NCBI GenBank assembly: GCA_027331445.1
Contig: DAHWUD010000001.1
Location: forward strand, 43,157 to 107,156
From: Candidatus Amesbacteria bacterium
Lineage (GTDB): Bacteria > Patescibacteriota > Microgenomatia > CAZETR01 > Amesbacteraceae
Direction: 5' to 3'
Length of the DNA stretch: 64,000 bases
Below are positions 1-9,672 of the stretch, in pieces. Each line of letters begins with the position of its first letter. Position 1 is the stretch's first letter. The notes beneath the pieces are model-generated. The model had not been told where the DNA came from and did not search any database. It saw only the letters and a list, made by a program, of their open reading frames with translations. Made by a program: the position numbers and the translations under genes.

Positions 1-70
1 CTTCTCCGCCTGTCCCAAAATGCCGTGTCCAAGAGTAAAATATTTGATATAAAAAGCTTTAATACCGCCT

Positions 71-1288
71 GTGTTTCACTTCTCCATGTTTAAAAAACTT
101 CCCCTCTATATCATTTTGGGTCTCCTCCTGCGCTTGGTTTTGATGCCCGCGACCGCCCATCCGGATCTGCGGGGTTTTAATTTGGCTGCTTACTTTATCG
201 CCCAAAAAGGTGAAGTATTTACCTTCTATGATCATATGCGCAAACTTCCGCCCACCGACCGTCTGGTCGAAATTTATATTCACGACGGCCAGGGTATTTT
301 TATTTATCCGCCCCTGGCCTATTTAACCCACGCTCTCTTCAATTTAATTCTTTATCCTCTTTATCCTCACGACACCTGGTACAAGCTCATGTACTACTAC
401 GACCAGTTTTTGGTCGACCCCGGCCGCCCCTGGCTGGTATTTCTTTTAAAAGTTCCCTACCTGATCGCTGACGGCTTCAGCTTACTCATCTTGCGCAAAA
501 TTCTGGACCCCCGCCACCGTTTCATCGGCTCCCTGATTTGGATTTTCAACCCCGTCACTCTTTATTCGGCCTACATGGTCGGCCAATTTGATATTTTTAT
601 CGCCATGTTTACCCTGCTGGCCGTTTATTTGTCGCAAAAAAAATCCTATCTTTCTCCCGTGGCATTGGCGCTGGCCGCCGGTTTCAAGCCGTTTACCTTA
701 CTGTTTTTGCCGCTGCTTCCCGGCAAAAAATGGCTCAACGTTTTACTGGGATTTCTGACCTTTTTATTCATCATCGCTCCCTACCTGCCTTCCCAGTCAT
801 TCCGCCGGGACGCTCTTTTAGCCAGCCAAAGCGACAAAATCCTTTATGCCAAAGTCCTGGTCACGGGATCGCAATATTTGTCCTGGTTTTTTGTCGGCCT
901 GTTCCTGATCTATTGGTTTAATTTATTAAAGCCAACATTTTTTTCCACTTTCGCCTGGCTGGCTGCAGCCTTCATGCCTTTTTATGTCTTCAGCGATTAT
1001 CATCCTCAGTGGTTTACCTGGATGGCTCCCATTCTCACGCTCTGCGCCGCCGTTTACACCAAATCCCGCTTACCCATCCTGGTCATGGTCGCCTGTTATT
1101 TTGTTATCGTTCTGACATTCGACAGTTCGCTCAATTTTGGTCTCTTCGGCATTAATTTTACTTTTACTGCCTGGCTGGTGCGTTATTTTCCCCCGGATGA
1201 GTTCGCCTCCCTGGTCAGAAGTCTGTTCGCCGCCACCGCCGTAGTCTTTTTGCTCCGGATTAAAAAACCGGCTACCGATGGCAAATGA
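71..1288 (+). CDS. polytopic integral membrane protein, putative GT-C fold glycosyltransferase (DUF2029/GT87-like)
   Basis: 405 aa ORF, highly hydrophobic with many predicted TM segments; motif IFIYPPLAYLTH resembles the YPP motif of DUF2029/GT87 mannosyltransferases; stop overlaps next gene start (ATGA at 1285). Confidence 0.4.
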   Translation: MFHFSMFKKLPLYIILGLLLRLVLMPATAHPDLRGFNLAAYFIAQKGEVFTFYDHMRKLPPTDRLVEIYIHDGQGIFIYPPLAYLTHALFNLILYPLYPHDTWYKLMYYYDQFLVDPGRPWLVFLLKVPYLIADGFSLLILRKILDPRHRFIGSLIWIFNPVTLYSAYMVGQFDIFIAMFTLLAVYLSQKKSYLSPVALALAAGFKPFTLLFLPLLPGKKWLNVLLGFLTFLFIIAPYLPSQSFRRDALLASQSDKILYAKVLVTGSQYLSWFFVGLFLIYWFNLLKPTFFSTFAWLAAAFMPFYVFSDYHPQWFTWMAPILTLCAAVYTKSRLPILVMVACYFVIVLTFDSSLNFGLFGINFTFTAWLVRYFPPDEFASLVRSLFAATAVVFLLRIKKPATDGK

Positions 1289-3543
1289 AGCGTCATTGGC
1301 CCATCGCCGTCATCTTAATTTTTTTCCTGATCCTCTTTAAGGACTTTTTCTTCCGCGGTTTTATTCCCGTCCCTGCCGATACTTTGGTTGGCGCTTATTA
1401 TCCCTGGCTGGATTATAAATGGGGTTACCCCGTCGGCGTCCCCGTTAAAAACCCGATTATTTCTGACGTTTTTTCTCAATTTTTCATCTGGAAACATCTT
1501 TCCACCGACCTTTTAAAGCAAGGGGTAATGCCGTTCTGGGATCCCTATTCTTTTTCCGGCACCCCGTTTTTGGCTACTTTTCATTCTACCGTGCTCTCTC
1601 CCTGGAATATTTTCTTTCTTTTGCCCAAATACTCCGGGTGGGGGATGAACATCTTCGCCTCTTTCTTATTTGCCGCCGTCTCCATGTATTTTTACTTGTC
1701 ATTATTCGTCCGCCGTCCGCTTGCCCGCCTAGCCGGATCGGTCGTTTTTGCCCTGGCCGGCCCCATGACCACCTGGGGCGAGTTCGGTACCGCGGTTTGG
1801 GCCGCCGGCTGCCTACCGTTGATTTTTTTGAGTTTGGAAATGATCCTCACTTACCGCCGGCTCCGGTTTGCTTTTCTCCTTACCGCCGCCGTAGTTTTAC
1901 TTATCCTTTCCGGTCACGCTCAGCTTCTCACCTACGCCTTTGTCCTGGCACCCTTTTATGTCCTGCTCCGTCGTCCGCCGTCCCGAACTATCTTATTAAT
2001 TGTCCTGGCTTTTGCCGCCGGAGTCATTTTGACTGCCATCCAGTTGATTCCCACCGCGGATTTTCTCACCCGTTCCATCAGAGCCGAGGAGAAATTCTCC
2101 CAGTCATATAATTACGGTCTTGTCCCCGCGTCCCAACTTGTCCGTCTGTGGATGCCCGATTTTTTTGGCCACCCGGCCACCGGCAATACCTGGGGAGGAT
2201 TCGATTATCATGAATATTCCGCCTTTCTGGGCACCCTGGTTCTCCCACTGGTTTTTGCTTCCTTTTTCCTCCCGGCCTCGTTTATCCGCAAATTTTTTTC
2301 TGTGGTTTTTATTTCCAGTCTAGTTTTGGTGGTGGACAGCCCGCTGTCCCGGTTAATTTTCAGCCTGCCTTTACCGCTTTTTACTTATTCTTATGCCAGT
2401 CGGTTATTTTTTCTGACCGGGTTATCGGCGTCGGTCCTGTGCGCCGTTTTTCTGGATTCTCCCCGCTGGCGCCCTGTCGCCGTGGCCTCGTTTTTTCTCC
2501 TGTCTTTGACCGGTCTGGCCCTGGTCCTGGCTCCTGCGTCCTTTCGCCACATCGCCCTCAAAAATTCCCTGCTTCCGGTTTTCCAGCTGCTCGTTTTAAT
2601 CGCCTTCATTTTCATCTCCCGTTTCCGGCGCTTCCTGGTCCCCGCGCTTCTGGTCTTTCTCCTGTTTGATTTAGGCCGGTATTTTGTCAAGTTCACTCCC
2701 TTTGTTCCCTCTCGCCTGGTCTTTCCGACTACCCCCGTCATCAGTTTTTTAACTGATCAACCGGGGCTATTCCGTATTGCCAGGGAGTCGGCTGCCCTCT
2801 TACCTCCCAACACCTGGGCCATGTATCACTTGGAAAACATTGAGGGCTATGACCCCCTTTCTCTCAATAGCTATAGCCATTTTTTCCATGACGTTAACCG
2901 CCAGCCGTATGCCGACACTTCGGGTCGCTTCTCCCAGCTGACCGATTTTCGCCCCCGTTTTCTCGACGCCTTGGACGTCAAATATATTCTGGAAGTGAAA
3001 CCGACCTCTGACAAAAATCTGCCCCCGATCCCGTCTGAGATCCGCAAAAATAATTATCCGCTGGTTTTTTCCGACGGCCACGTTAACGTCTACCAAAACC
3101 CCACCGCTCTGCCCCGGGCCTACTTTGTCTCCCGGGTTGTCACTGCCACCCCTGAAGCTCAGCTAGCCTCATTTCTCGATCGCTCTGATTTTGATCCGAC
3201 TAAGACCGCCATTGTTCCTGTTGCCGCCCCGGTTACGTCCGGCACGGTTTCCGATATCGTCTCCCGCCCCAATTTCTATTCTCTGACCGCCGCAGCTACC
3301 TCTTCCGGTCTCTTGGTTATGGCCAATGCCTACGACCCCGGCTGGACAGCCGCCGTCGACGGCCGCCCCATCCCGGTCTACCGCACCGATGGGGGATTAC
3401 AGTCGATAGTTTTTCCTGGCGGCACCCACCGGGTGGTTTTCACTTACCAGCCCCCTTACTTTGATCTGGCTTTCGCTATTACCCTCTCGGCCTGGGTCGG
3501 CGTAACCATCTGCTTCTTTGTTTCCCGGCCCAAAATTGTATAA
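1285..3543 (+). CDS. YfhO-family membrane protein (putative polyprenyl-P-sugar dependent glycosyltransferase)
   Basis: 752 aa; N-terminal polytopic region plus C-terminal domain with NAYDPGWTAAVDGRPIPVYRTDGGLQSIVFPGGTHRVVFTYQPPYF, matching the conserved C-terminal signature of YfhO (PF09586) as I recall it; ATGA coupling to upstream gene. Confidence 0.6.
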   Translation: MKRHWPIAVILIFFLILFKDFFFRGFIPVPADTLVGAYYPWLDYKWGYPVGVPVKNPIISDVFSQFFIWKHLSTDLLKQGVMPFWDPYSFSGTPFLATFHSTVLSPWNIFFLLPKYSGWGMNIFASFLFAAVSMYFYLSLFVRRPLARLAGSVVFALAGPMTTWGEFGTAVWAAGCLPLIFLSLEMILTYRRLRFAFLLTAAVVLLILSGHAQLLTYAFVLAPFYVLLRRPPSRTILLIVLAFAAGVILTAIQLIPTADFLTRSIRAEEKFSQSYNYGLVPASQLVRLWMPDFFGHPATGNTWGGFDYHEYSAFLGTLVLPLVFASFFLPASFIRKFFSVVFISSLVLVVDSPLSRLIFSLPLPLFTYSYASRLFFLTGLSASVLCAVFLDSPRWRPVAVASFFLLSLTGLALVLAPASFRHIALKNSLLPVFQLLVLIAFIFISRFRRFLVPALLVFLLFDLGRYFVKFTPFVPSRLVFPTTPVISFLTDQPGLFRIARESAALLPPNTWAMYHLENIEGYDPLSLNSYSHFFHDVNRQPYADTSGRFSQLTDFRPRFLDALDVKYILEVKPTSDKNLPPIPSEIRKNNYPLVFSDGHVNVYQNPTALPRAYFVSRVVTATPEAQLASFLDRSDFDPTKTAIVPVAAPVTSGTVSDIVSRPNFYSLTAAATSSGLLVMANAYDPGWTAAVDGRPIPVYRTDGGLQSIVFPGGTHRVVFTYQPPYFDLAFAITLSAWVGVTICFFVSRPKIV

Positions 3544-3553
3544 AATCACTCTG

Positions 3554-5173
3554 ATGGGGTTTTTGATTGGACTTTTGATCTTAATTTCCGCCTTTTTCCG
3601 CGTTCCCGGCCTGGCCCATTACCCCCCCGAACTCTTCGGCGACGAGGTAGACGTCGGCTACCAGGCCATGTCCCTTTTCCACACCGGGCGGGATCTGTAC
3701 AACCAGCCCCTGCCGATTTATCTCCATTCCCTTTCTGAATGGCGGGAAGGTCTGATCGTCTACCAGTTGGTTCCTACCATCGCTATCTTCGGCCATACCC
3801 CACTGGCTGTCCGACTGCCTGAAGCCCTTTTCGGCACGCTCACCCCGCTTATCTTGTTTTTGACTCTCTATTCTTTTACCAGAAATAAAACCCTGGCTTT
3901 CCTGGCATCCCTGTCCCTGGCCCTCATGCCGTGGCATATTATGTATTCCCGGATGGCCGCTTTCGGCGTCGCTACTCTCACCGACTTTCTCCTTCTGGCA
4001 GTTCTTTTTTACCGCCGCCGCCGCTTCGCTTTTTCCTTCCTGTTTTTCGCCTTAGCGATATACACATATAGTACGGCTTATATCTTTGTGCCCTTGTTTT
4101 TAATTGCTCTCTTTTTTGTTCTCAAAACCCGTCCCCGACTTTGGCATTATTTGCTGTTTGTTTTATTTGTTGCCCCCTTGATTTATGAAGTCTTCCTGGG
4201 CCCGGCCCGTCAGCGCTTTGGGGTTTTGAGTTTTACCAGCCAGTCGGAATTTGTAAACAATATTCAAACTCTACGAGTCCAGTACCCCGCTTTAATTGGT
4301 AAAAGTTTCAATAACAAATACCTCGCTTCTCTGAATTTATTTACTCAAAATTATCTCCGGGCTTTTTCTACCGACTTTCTCTTTGTCCGAGGCGATCCGG
4401 TCGTCCGCTCCAGCCTGCAGGTAGTAGGGCAGCTCCTGCCCCTCTCTGCCCCCTTCGTTTTGTTGGGCCTCTTCTTCCTGGCCCAACGTCGGCAGTGGCT
4501 GTGGCTGGTGTGGTTGGGCCTGGCTCCCATCCCCTCGGCCATGACTTATGACGGGGCTTTCCATGCCACCCGCCTGTTCCTCATGGTCCCGCCGTTAGCC
4601 GTCGCCACCGGCCTGGGGCTTAATGAATTTATCAGCTGGTTTCCCCGGGTTGCCAAACCGGCGGTCTCTCTGGTCCTCGCGGGTCTGTTTGCCGTCCATC
4701 TCTTCGGCATCGCCGGCTATTACATATATGTCTACCCCGCTGCTTCCTGGCGCTGGTGGCCCACCGGCTATGCCGCTATTATGACGGATCTGCAAAAATA
4801 CTCCCCCTCATACTCCCATGTCTTCATCAACAACACTTTCGAGCCTTCTCTAATCAGATTTTTATTTTGGACAGATTATTCCCCTGAGCAATTTCATCAG
4901 AATTTTACTCTGGATCAGCCGATTCCCGGCATTGCCCCCTTTTATACCGGGTTTAAACTGGGTGATAAATATTATTTTGGCGACTTTGCAGCTCCCGCGG
5001 GGGTTTCCTATTATGACCATCTGCTGCCGAACAGTCTTTATTTGATCAGTCAAAGGGATAACGTCCCCGGTAACTGGGACTGGAGCGTCAGTCCGCCCGC
5101 CGGTGTCCGGGTCCTGTCCACAGTCAGGACGCCTCTGGGCGATCCGGAGTTTTACCTCATCACTGCCAAATGA
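3554..5173 (+). CDS. PMT/ArnT-like GT-C glycosyltransferase, paralog 1 of 5
   Basis: ORF track 3518..5173; preferred start ATG 3554 (MGFLIGLL...) 10 nt after upstream stop; HYPPELFGDEVDVGYQAMSLF...LPIYLHS, RLPEALFG motif; many TMs; C-terminal soluble domain. Confidence 0.6.
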   Translation: MGFLIGLLILISAFFRVPGLAHYPPELFGDEVDVGYQAMSLFHTGRDLYNQPLPIYLHSLSEWREGLIVYQLVPTIAIFGHTPLAVRLPEALFGTLTPLILFLTLYSFTRNKTLAFLASLSLALMPWHIMYSRMAAFGVATLTDFLLLAVLFYRRRRFAFSFLFFALAIYTYSTAYIFVPLFLIALFFVLKTRPRLWHYLLFVLFVAPLIYEVFLGPARQRFGVLSFTSQSEFVNNIQTLRVQYPALIGKSFNNKYLASLNLFTQNYLRAFSTDFLFVRGDPVVRSSLQVVGQLLPLSAPFVLLGLFFLAQRRQWLWLVWLGLAPIPSAMTYDGAFHATRLFLMVPPLAVATGLGLNEFISWFPRVAKPAVSLVLAGLFAVHLFGIAGYYIYVYPAASWRWWPTGYAAIMTDLQKYSPSYSHVFINNTFEPSLIRFLFWTDYSPEQFHQNFTLDQPIPGIAPFYTGFKLGDKYYFGDFAAPAGVSYYDHLLPNSLYLISQRDNVPGNWDWSVSPPAGVRVLSTVRTPLGDPEFYLITAK

Positions 5174-6417
5174 AAAAAGCACTTCTGGTCCTGGTCATTT
5201 TTACGGCTTTAGCCTTTCGCATTTTCCTTTCCTTCAACAGTAAACAGGGCGACATGTACAACAATTTGGATTGGGGTCAGGGCATGTGGACCTATGGTGC
5301 GGCTCACATTTATGACGTTCCCCAACACAATTGGCCGCACAGCTGGCCCAACCAGCCGCCGGGCAGTCTGTATCTTCAGGCCGCTTCATCCTGGCTGGCT
5401 GGGACCATCGGTTACTTAATCTGGCACCCGGGCATCACCTTCAAGATTCTGCCCTCTCGTTTTATTTGGTGGTGGGATGTCTCCGGCCCGTTGATTTTAA
5501 TCAAATTGCCCTCCATTCTGGCTGATTTCGTGATCGCCTGGGTCATTTACCGTTTTGGCGTCCTGTGGCATCGGCCACGAATTGCCTTATGGGTGGCCTT
5601 TATTTACCTGTTTAATCCGGCCTTGTGGTACAACTCGGCTTTCTGGGGTCAGACCGACAGCCTCGTTGCCGCCTTCGGTCTCTTATCCGTTTTGTTTCTT
5701 CTTGAAGGCCGCCTTTTTCTTTCCCCCCTGTTTCTGGGTCTCTCCTTCATTACCAAGGGTTCCTGGCTGCCCATCGTCCCTCTCTATCTCTTTTATTGGT
5801 GGAAAAATTATCGCCCGGCCTGGCCGAAACTGCTTATTGTCCCGGCCGTTTTTTATTTGCTGGCTCTGCCGTTCCATCCGCATTTGGACCTGCCTTTCTG
5901 GTTTACCCGGCTGTACCTGACCCGGATTCTTCCCGGGGAAACCGCCTGGATTACCGTCATTGCCTTTAACTTTTGGAATCTGTTCTTCCCGGCCTCACTC
6001 ACCCCCGTGACCACACCCATCCTGGGCTTGCCCGCCCTCTACTGGGCCTGGTCCGCCGTCGCCGTATTTTTGGTCCTGATCCTGCGCTATCTGTGGCAAG
6101 ATTCCGCTCCGCATCGGTTCGTTTATGCTGTCATGCTCCTATTTTTTGCCGTCTTTCTCTTCGCCCCCAAAATGCTGCAGCGGTATTTTTATCCCGTATT
6201 TCCTCTTTTATCCCTGGTGCTGATTTTTTCCCGTCGCAAACTTTATTGGTTTATTTATGGCTTGGTTTCCTTCTGTTATCTGGCCAATCTCTATTACCAA
6301 TGGTGGGCCCCGGGGATTTTAGCCCTAGAGCGTCTCTACACCCCCCTATTTATCAAAACAATCAGTATAATCTACTTAGCCTCTTTTTCCGCCTTTTATG
6401 TCCAAAAAAACGTTTAA
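5170..6417 (+). CDS. polytopic membrane protein, putative GT-C glycosyltransferase (DUF2029/GT87-like)
   Basis: 415 aa, very hydrophobic; WPNQPPGSLYLQAASSW loop motif similar to the ORF at 71 and 45225; ATGA overlap with upstream stop. Confidence 0.4.
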   Translation: MKKALLVLVIFTALAFRIFLSFNSKQGDMYNNLDWGQGMWTYGAAHIYDVPQHNWPHSWPNQPPGSLYLQAASSWLAGTIGYLIWHPGITFKILPSRFIWWWDVSGPLILIKLPSILADFVIAWVIYRFGVLWHRPRIALWVAFIYLFNPALWYNSAFWGQTDSLVAAFGLLSVLFLLEGRLFLSPLFLGLSFITKGSWLPIVPLYLFYWWKNYRPAWPKLLIVPAVFYLLALPFHPHLDLPFWFTRLYLTRILPGETAWITVIAFNFWNLFFPASLTPVTTPILGLPALYWAWSAVAVFLVLILRYLWQDSAPHRFVYAVMLLFFAVFLFAPKMLQRYFYPVFPLLSLVLIFSRRKLYWFIYGLVSFCYLANLYYQWWAPGILALERLYTPLFIKTISIIYLASFSAFYVQKNV

Positions 6418-8032
6418 CCTGCTGCTCCTGGTCATTTTAATTTTGGGCGGGCTGGCCCGCCTATCTTCCCTGCACCGTTATCCGGCCGGCTTTACGCCTG
6501 ACGAGGCCGATTTTGGCTACAACGCTTACTCCCTGCTTTTGACCGGCAAAGACGAGTGGGGGACTCCTGCCTGGGCTTTGTTTTACCAAAATCTGCGCTC
6601 TTTCGGAGATTACAAATTGCCCCTGTATGCCTTTTTGGCCGTTCCCACCGTCCGGATTTGGGGTCTTAACGAAATGGCTACCCGCCTGCCCAACGCCGTT
6701 TTCGGCACCCTGGCCATCGCTGGTGTTTGTCTTCTGGCCCAGCAATTGTTTCACCACCGCCGCCTTTCGCTTCTGGCCGCCTTCATGTTCGCCGTTTCTC
6801 CCTGGAGCATCAGTCTCAGCCGGGGAGCCTTTGAATCAAACTTGGTCACCTTTTTTCTGCCTCTGGCCATTTACCTGTACATGCGCTCCCGCTACAGCCT
6901 GTCGGCCGTATTTTTTGCCCTGGACATTTACACCTATCACTCAGCCCGCCTCATTACCCCCTTTATTCTCCTGGCCCTGTTTATTTTCTACCGCCCCAAA
7001 CTCACCCGGTCCCTAATTATTGGCCTGGTTGTCTTCTGTCTGCTGTCACTCCCGGCGGTTATCTCATATACCGGTGCCGGCCAGAGCCGCCTCTCTGATG
7101 TCAGCCTGTTAAATCCCACCGACAACTGGTCCGGTGTGGCTGACCGCCGTTTTCAGGATGCCCAGGCCGGCTTGCCGGATGTCGTCTCCCGCGTGTTCAG
7201 CAACAAGCTCACCACCTTATTTCAACAGTCGGCGGATAATTATCTCTCCTATCTGTCTCCCCAGTTCTTATTTATCCAGGGAGCCGGGGAAGCGACTTAC
7301 GGCATGATTCCCGGCCGCGGCGTTTTGTATCTGGTCGAGGGCGTCTTCCTGATACTTGCCCTTTTTCGCCTCATCCGTCATCCCGTCCGGCCGCTGCTGT
7401 TTGTTTTAACCTTGCTGCTTTTGGGTCCGCTTCCCGCCACATTTGCCAAAGGTCTGGGTTTCTCGGCCAATCGGGCCGCCACCATGCTCCCGTTCCTGAT
7501 TTTGCTGCTGGCCTTCGGCTGGTCTTATCTTCTGGATCTTTCCGGCCGCTATCTCACCGCCGTTACCCTGCTCATTTTTGCCGTCTATCTGGTCCAGGTG
7601 TCCTTCTTTGCCGAAGATTACCTCTATCACGCCCCCCGTCTCAATGCTCCGGCCATGTCCTACGGCTGGGCCGAGGCCGTCAGACGTTTTAAGCCCATTT
7701 CCGGTCAGTATTCTCTTATCAAAATCAGCCGCAGCCTGTCCGAACCGCAGATTTTTATTGCCTTTTATTGGCCCATTCCCCCCGCCGATTATCAGGCCGC
7801 TTCCCGTTCCTGGTCCGATTTCAACCTCAAAGGTTACCGTTTCCTGGACCAGTATGACGGATATCACCTGGGAGATTTCCGTTTCGGCAACCTGAATCCC
7901 GCCGACTCTATTTCCGTTCCCACTTTGTATATCGGCAAACCCGATGAATTTCCCCCAAAGTTCCCTTATTATTTCCAGATTTTTTCTCCCACCGGACTAC
8001 CGGCCATCCAGGTATCCGGCAGACAGCCATGA
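6398..8032 (+). CDS. PMT/ArnT-like GT-C glycosyltransferase, paralog 2 of 5
   Basis: YPAGFTPDEADFGYNAYSLLLTGKDEWG...FGDYKLPLYAF...RLPNAVFG; C-terminal domain with PQIFIAFYWPIPPADY; 20-nt overlap with upstream gene. Confidence 0.6.
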   Translation: MSKKTFNLLLLVILILGGLARLSSLHRYPAGFTPDEADFGYNAYSLLLTGKDEWGTPAWALFYQNLRSFGDYKLPLYAFLAVPTVRIWGLNEMATRLPNAVFGTLAIAGVCLLAQQLFHHRRLSLLAAFMFAVSPWSISLSRGAFESNLVTFFLPLAIYLYMRSRYSLSAVFFALDIYTYHSARLITPFILLALFIFYRPKLTRSLIIGLVVFCLLSLPAVISYTGAGQSRLSDVSLLNPTDNWSGVADRRFQDAQAGLPDVVSRVFSNKLTTLFQQSADNYLSYLSPQFLFIQGAGEATYGMIPGRGVLYLVEGVFLILALFRLIRHPVRPLLFVLTLLLLGPLPATFAKGLGFSANRAATMLPFLILLLAFGWSYLLDLSGRYLTAVTLLIFAVYLVQVSFFAEDYLYHAPRLNAPAMSYGWAEAVRRFKPISGQYSLIKISRSLSEPQIFIAFYWPIPPADYQAASRSWSDFNLKGYRFLDQYDGYHLGDFRFGNLNPADSISVPTLYIGKPDEFPPKFPYYFQIFSPTGLPAIQVSGRQP

Positions 8033-9672
8033 AACGCCTTCTGATTATCCTGCTGGTTTTGTCCCTGCCCACTTTTGCCCTGATGCTGAAATTTGGCATC
8101 TTTACCATGCACGATTTCCACGTCTTTCGCCAGTTCGAGTTTTCCCGCTGTTTTGCCGACGGCGTTTTTCCATGTCGTTGGTCACCCGATTCCGGCCTGG
8201 GTTACGGCGAACCGCTGTTCGTCTTCTATGGCCAGTTTCCTTATTGGCTGGGCCAGATTTTTCGCACCCTGGCCTTTTCCATCATCGATTCGGTCAAAGC
8301 CGTTTTCATTTTATCCCTGGTCGGGTCCGGTCTGACAATGTTTGTCCTGGCCCGGCGCTTCTGGGGCAATCTGGGGGGCTTGGTCAGCGCCGTCTTCTAC
8401 ATGTATGCTCCGTACCGGTCCGTGGATGTCTGGGTCCGCGGCGCCCTGCCGGAAGCCCTGTCCTTTGTTTTTTTCCCGCTGTTGTTTTATTTCCTCGATC
8501 GATACCTGCTGCTAAAAAAAACCAAATACCTGCTTTTCCTTTCCCTGACCTTTGCCCTATTGATCATCAACCACAATCTCTCCACCTACATGATTACCCC
8601 TTTTTTGGGCTTTTTCTGGCTCTTTTATGCCGTCAGGTCCCGCTCCTGGTTTTCCGCCCTGCCCTTAATCGGCGCCGGCCTGCTGTCCGGTCTGCTGGCG
8701 GCCTTTTATCTCCTGCCAGTCCTGTTTGAAAATTCTCTGACCACGGTGACCCAGACCACTCAGGGTTATTACAATTTCCAGCTGCACTACGCTACTTTGC
8801 ACCAGGTCTTCATTTCCCGTTTTTGGGGCTATGGTGGCTCTGTCTGGGGTCCCACCGATGGTTTGAGTTTCTCCGTGGGCCAGCTGCATTGGATTCTGCC
8901 CCTGCTGATTGCCGCCGGCCTGGTCATTTTTCGTAAGTTGCGCCATCCCGGGACACCGCTGTTTTTCTTCTGTCTGGCCATGGGTTTTTTTGCCCTCTTT
9001 CTTACCCACGGCAAATCTGAATTCATCTGGAAACTGATTCCGGGCATGGCCTTTGTCCAATTTCCCTGGCGATTTCTTTCGCCCGCCGTCTTCTTTTTGT
9101 CCCTGGCCGTAGGTATCCTGCCTACCATGATTACTGCCTACCGGTCTCTGGTTTCCGCTCTCTCGGTCGTGGCGGTCGTTTTGGTCAATTTTTCTTTTTA
9201 CCACCCCGACATCTGGCGGCCTATCGGTGATAATCAGCAGTTTCAGGGCAGCTTGTGGAACGAACAGCGCTCCTCCGCCCTTCTGGATTACTGGCCCAAA
9301 ACCGCTCCCGTCTTGCCTGTCCATTTTGCTTCCGTCGATCCCGTGTTTGCTTCCGGCTCCGGTCAGTCTTTACTTTCCCGGCCGCACTCCCAGTCCGCGG
9401 ATTATTCCCTGGAAATTGCTTCTCCCCAGGCTCAGGTGACCTTTCCCATCGTCTATTTCCCCGGTTGGGTAGGGGAGATAGATCGGCGCCCGGTCTATGT
9501 CGGACCCGACCCCGCCGGTTTGATTTCTCTCCCGCTTTCCCGCGGTCTGCATCAGGTCTCCCTGAAATTTATCGATACCCCGGTGCGCTATTGGGGCAAC
9601 GTGATCAGTCTGGCAGCTCTGGTTTTCTGGCTGTTGGGTCTGACCGCCTGTTTAATTTATGACCAGAAGTAG
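8029..9672 (+). CDS. polytopic membrane protein, possible PTPS-related/COG5617-like GT-C family
   Basis: 547 aa; N-terminal motif MHDFHVFRQFEFSRCFADGVFPCRWSPDSGLGYGEPLFVFYGQFPYWL recalled from the PTPS-related integral membrane protein family (PF10131) - unverified; many TMs; C-terminal extracytoplasmic domain; ATGA coupling. Confidence 0.4.
   Translation: MKRLLIILLVLSLPTFALMLKFGIFTMHDFHVFRQFEFSRCFADGVFPCRWSPDSGLGYGEPLFVFYGQFPYWLGQIFRTLAFSIIDSVKAVFILSLVGSGLTMFVLARRFWGNLGGLVSAVFYMYAPYRSVDVWVRGALPEALSFVFFPLLFYFLDRYLLLKKTKYLLFLSLTFALLIINHNLSTYMITPFLGFFWLFYAVRSRSWFSALPLIGAGLLSGLLAAFYLLPVLFENSLTTVTQTTQGYYNFQLHYATLHQVFISRFWGYGGSVWGPTDGLSFSVGQLHWILPLLIAAGLVIFRKLRHPGTPLFFFCLAMGFFALFLTHGKSEFIWKLIPGMAFVQFPWRFLSPAVFFLSLAVGILPTMITAYRSLVSALSVVAVVLVNFSFYHPDIWRPIGDNQQFQGSLWNEQRSSALLDYWPKTAPVLPVHFASVDPVFASGSGQSLLSRPHSQSADYSLEIASPQAQVTFPIVYFPGWVGEIDRRPVYVGPDPAGLISLPLSRGLHQVSLKFIDTPVRYWGNVISLAALVFWLLGLTACLIYDQK

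Noticed and set aside
59-283. 74-aa minus-strand ORF at the window start
   Set aside because: It overlaps the start of the strongly supported + strand membrane-protein gene (71..1288). It has no motif and its composition is typical of antisense shadow ORFs.
3518-3553. Upstream in-frame ATG starts given by the ORF track for several genes (3518, 15213, 21914, 39374, 40369, 43410, 45084, 46456, 52616, 53485, 60201)
   Set aside because: These extended N-termini overlap the preceding gene by 30-230 nt and encode non-conserved, often Arg/Pro-rich leaders. Internal ATG/GTG codons placed 1-13 nt from the upstream stop (often as ATGA) give canonical N-termini, so the shorter models were preferred.
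8665-9324. 219-aa minus-strand ORF, and many similar 60-190-aa ORFs on the opposite strand or in alternate frames (e.g. 1638..2111, 2391..2741, 7406..7867, 17968..18543, 55662..56084, 57199..57786)
   Set aside because: All lie entirely inside long, motif-supported CDSs. Their translations are low-complexity and Gly/Arg/Pro/Gln-rich, as expected for off-frame reading of GC-rich coding DNA. Treated as shadow ORFs.
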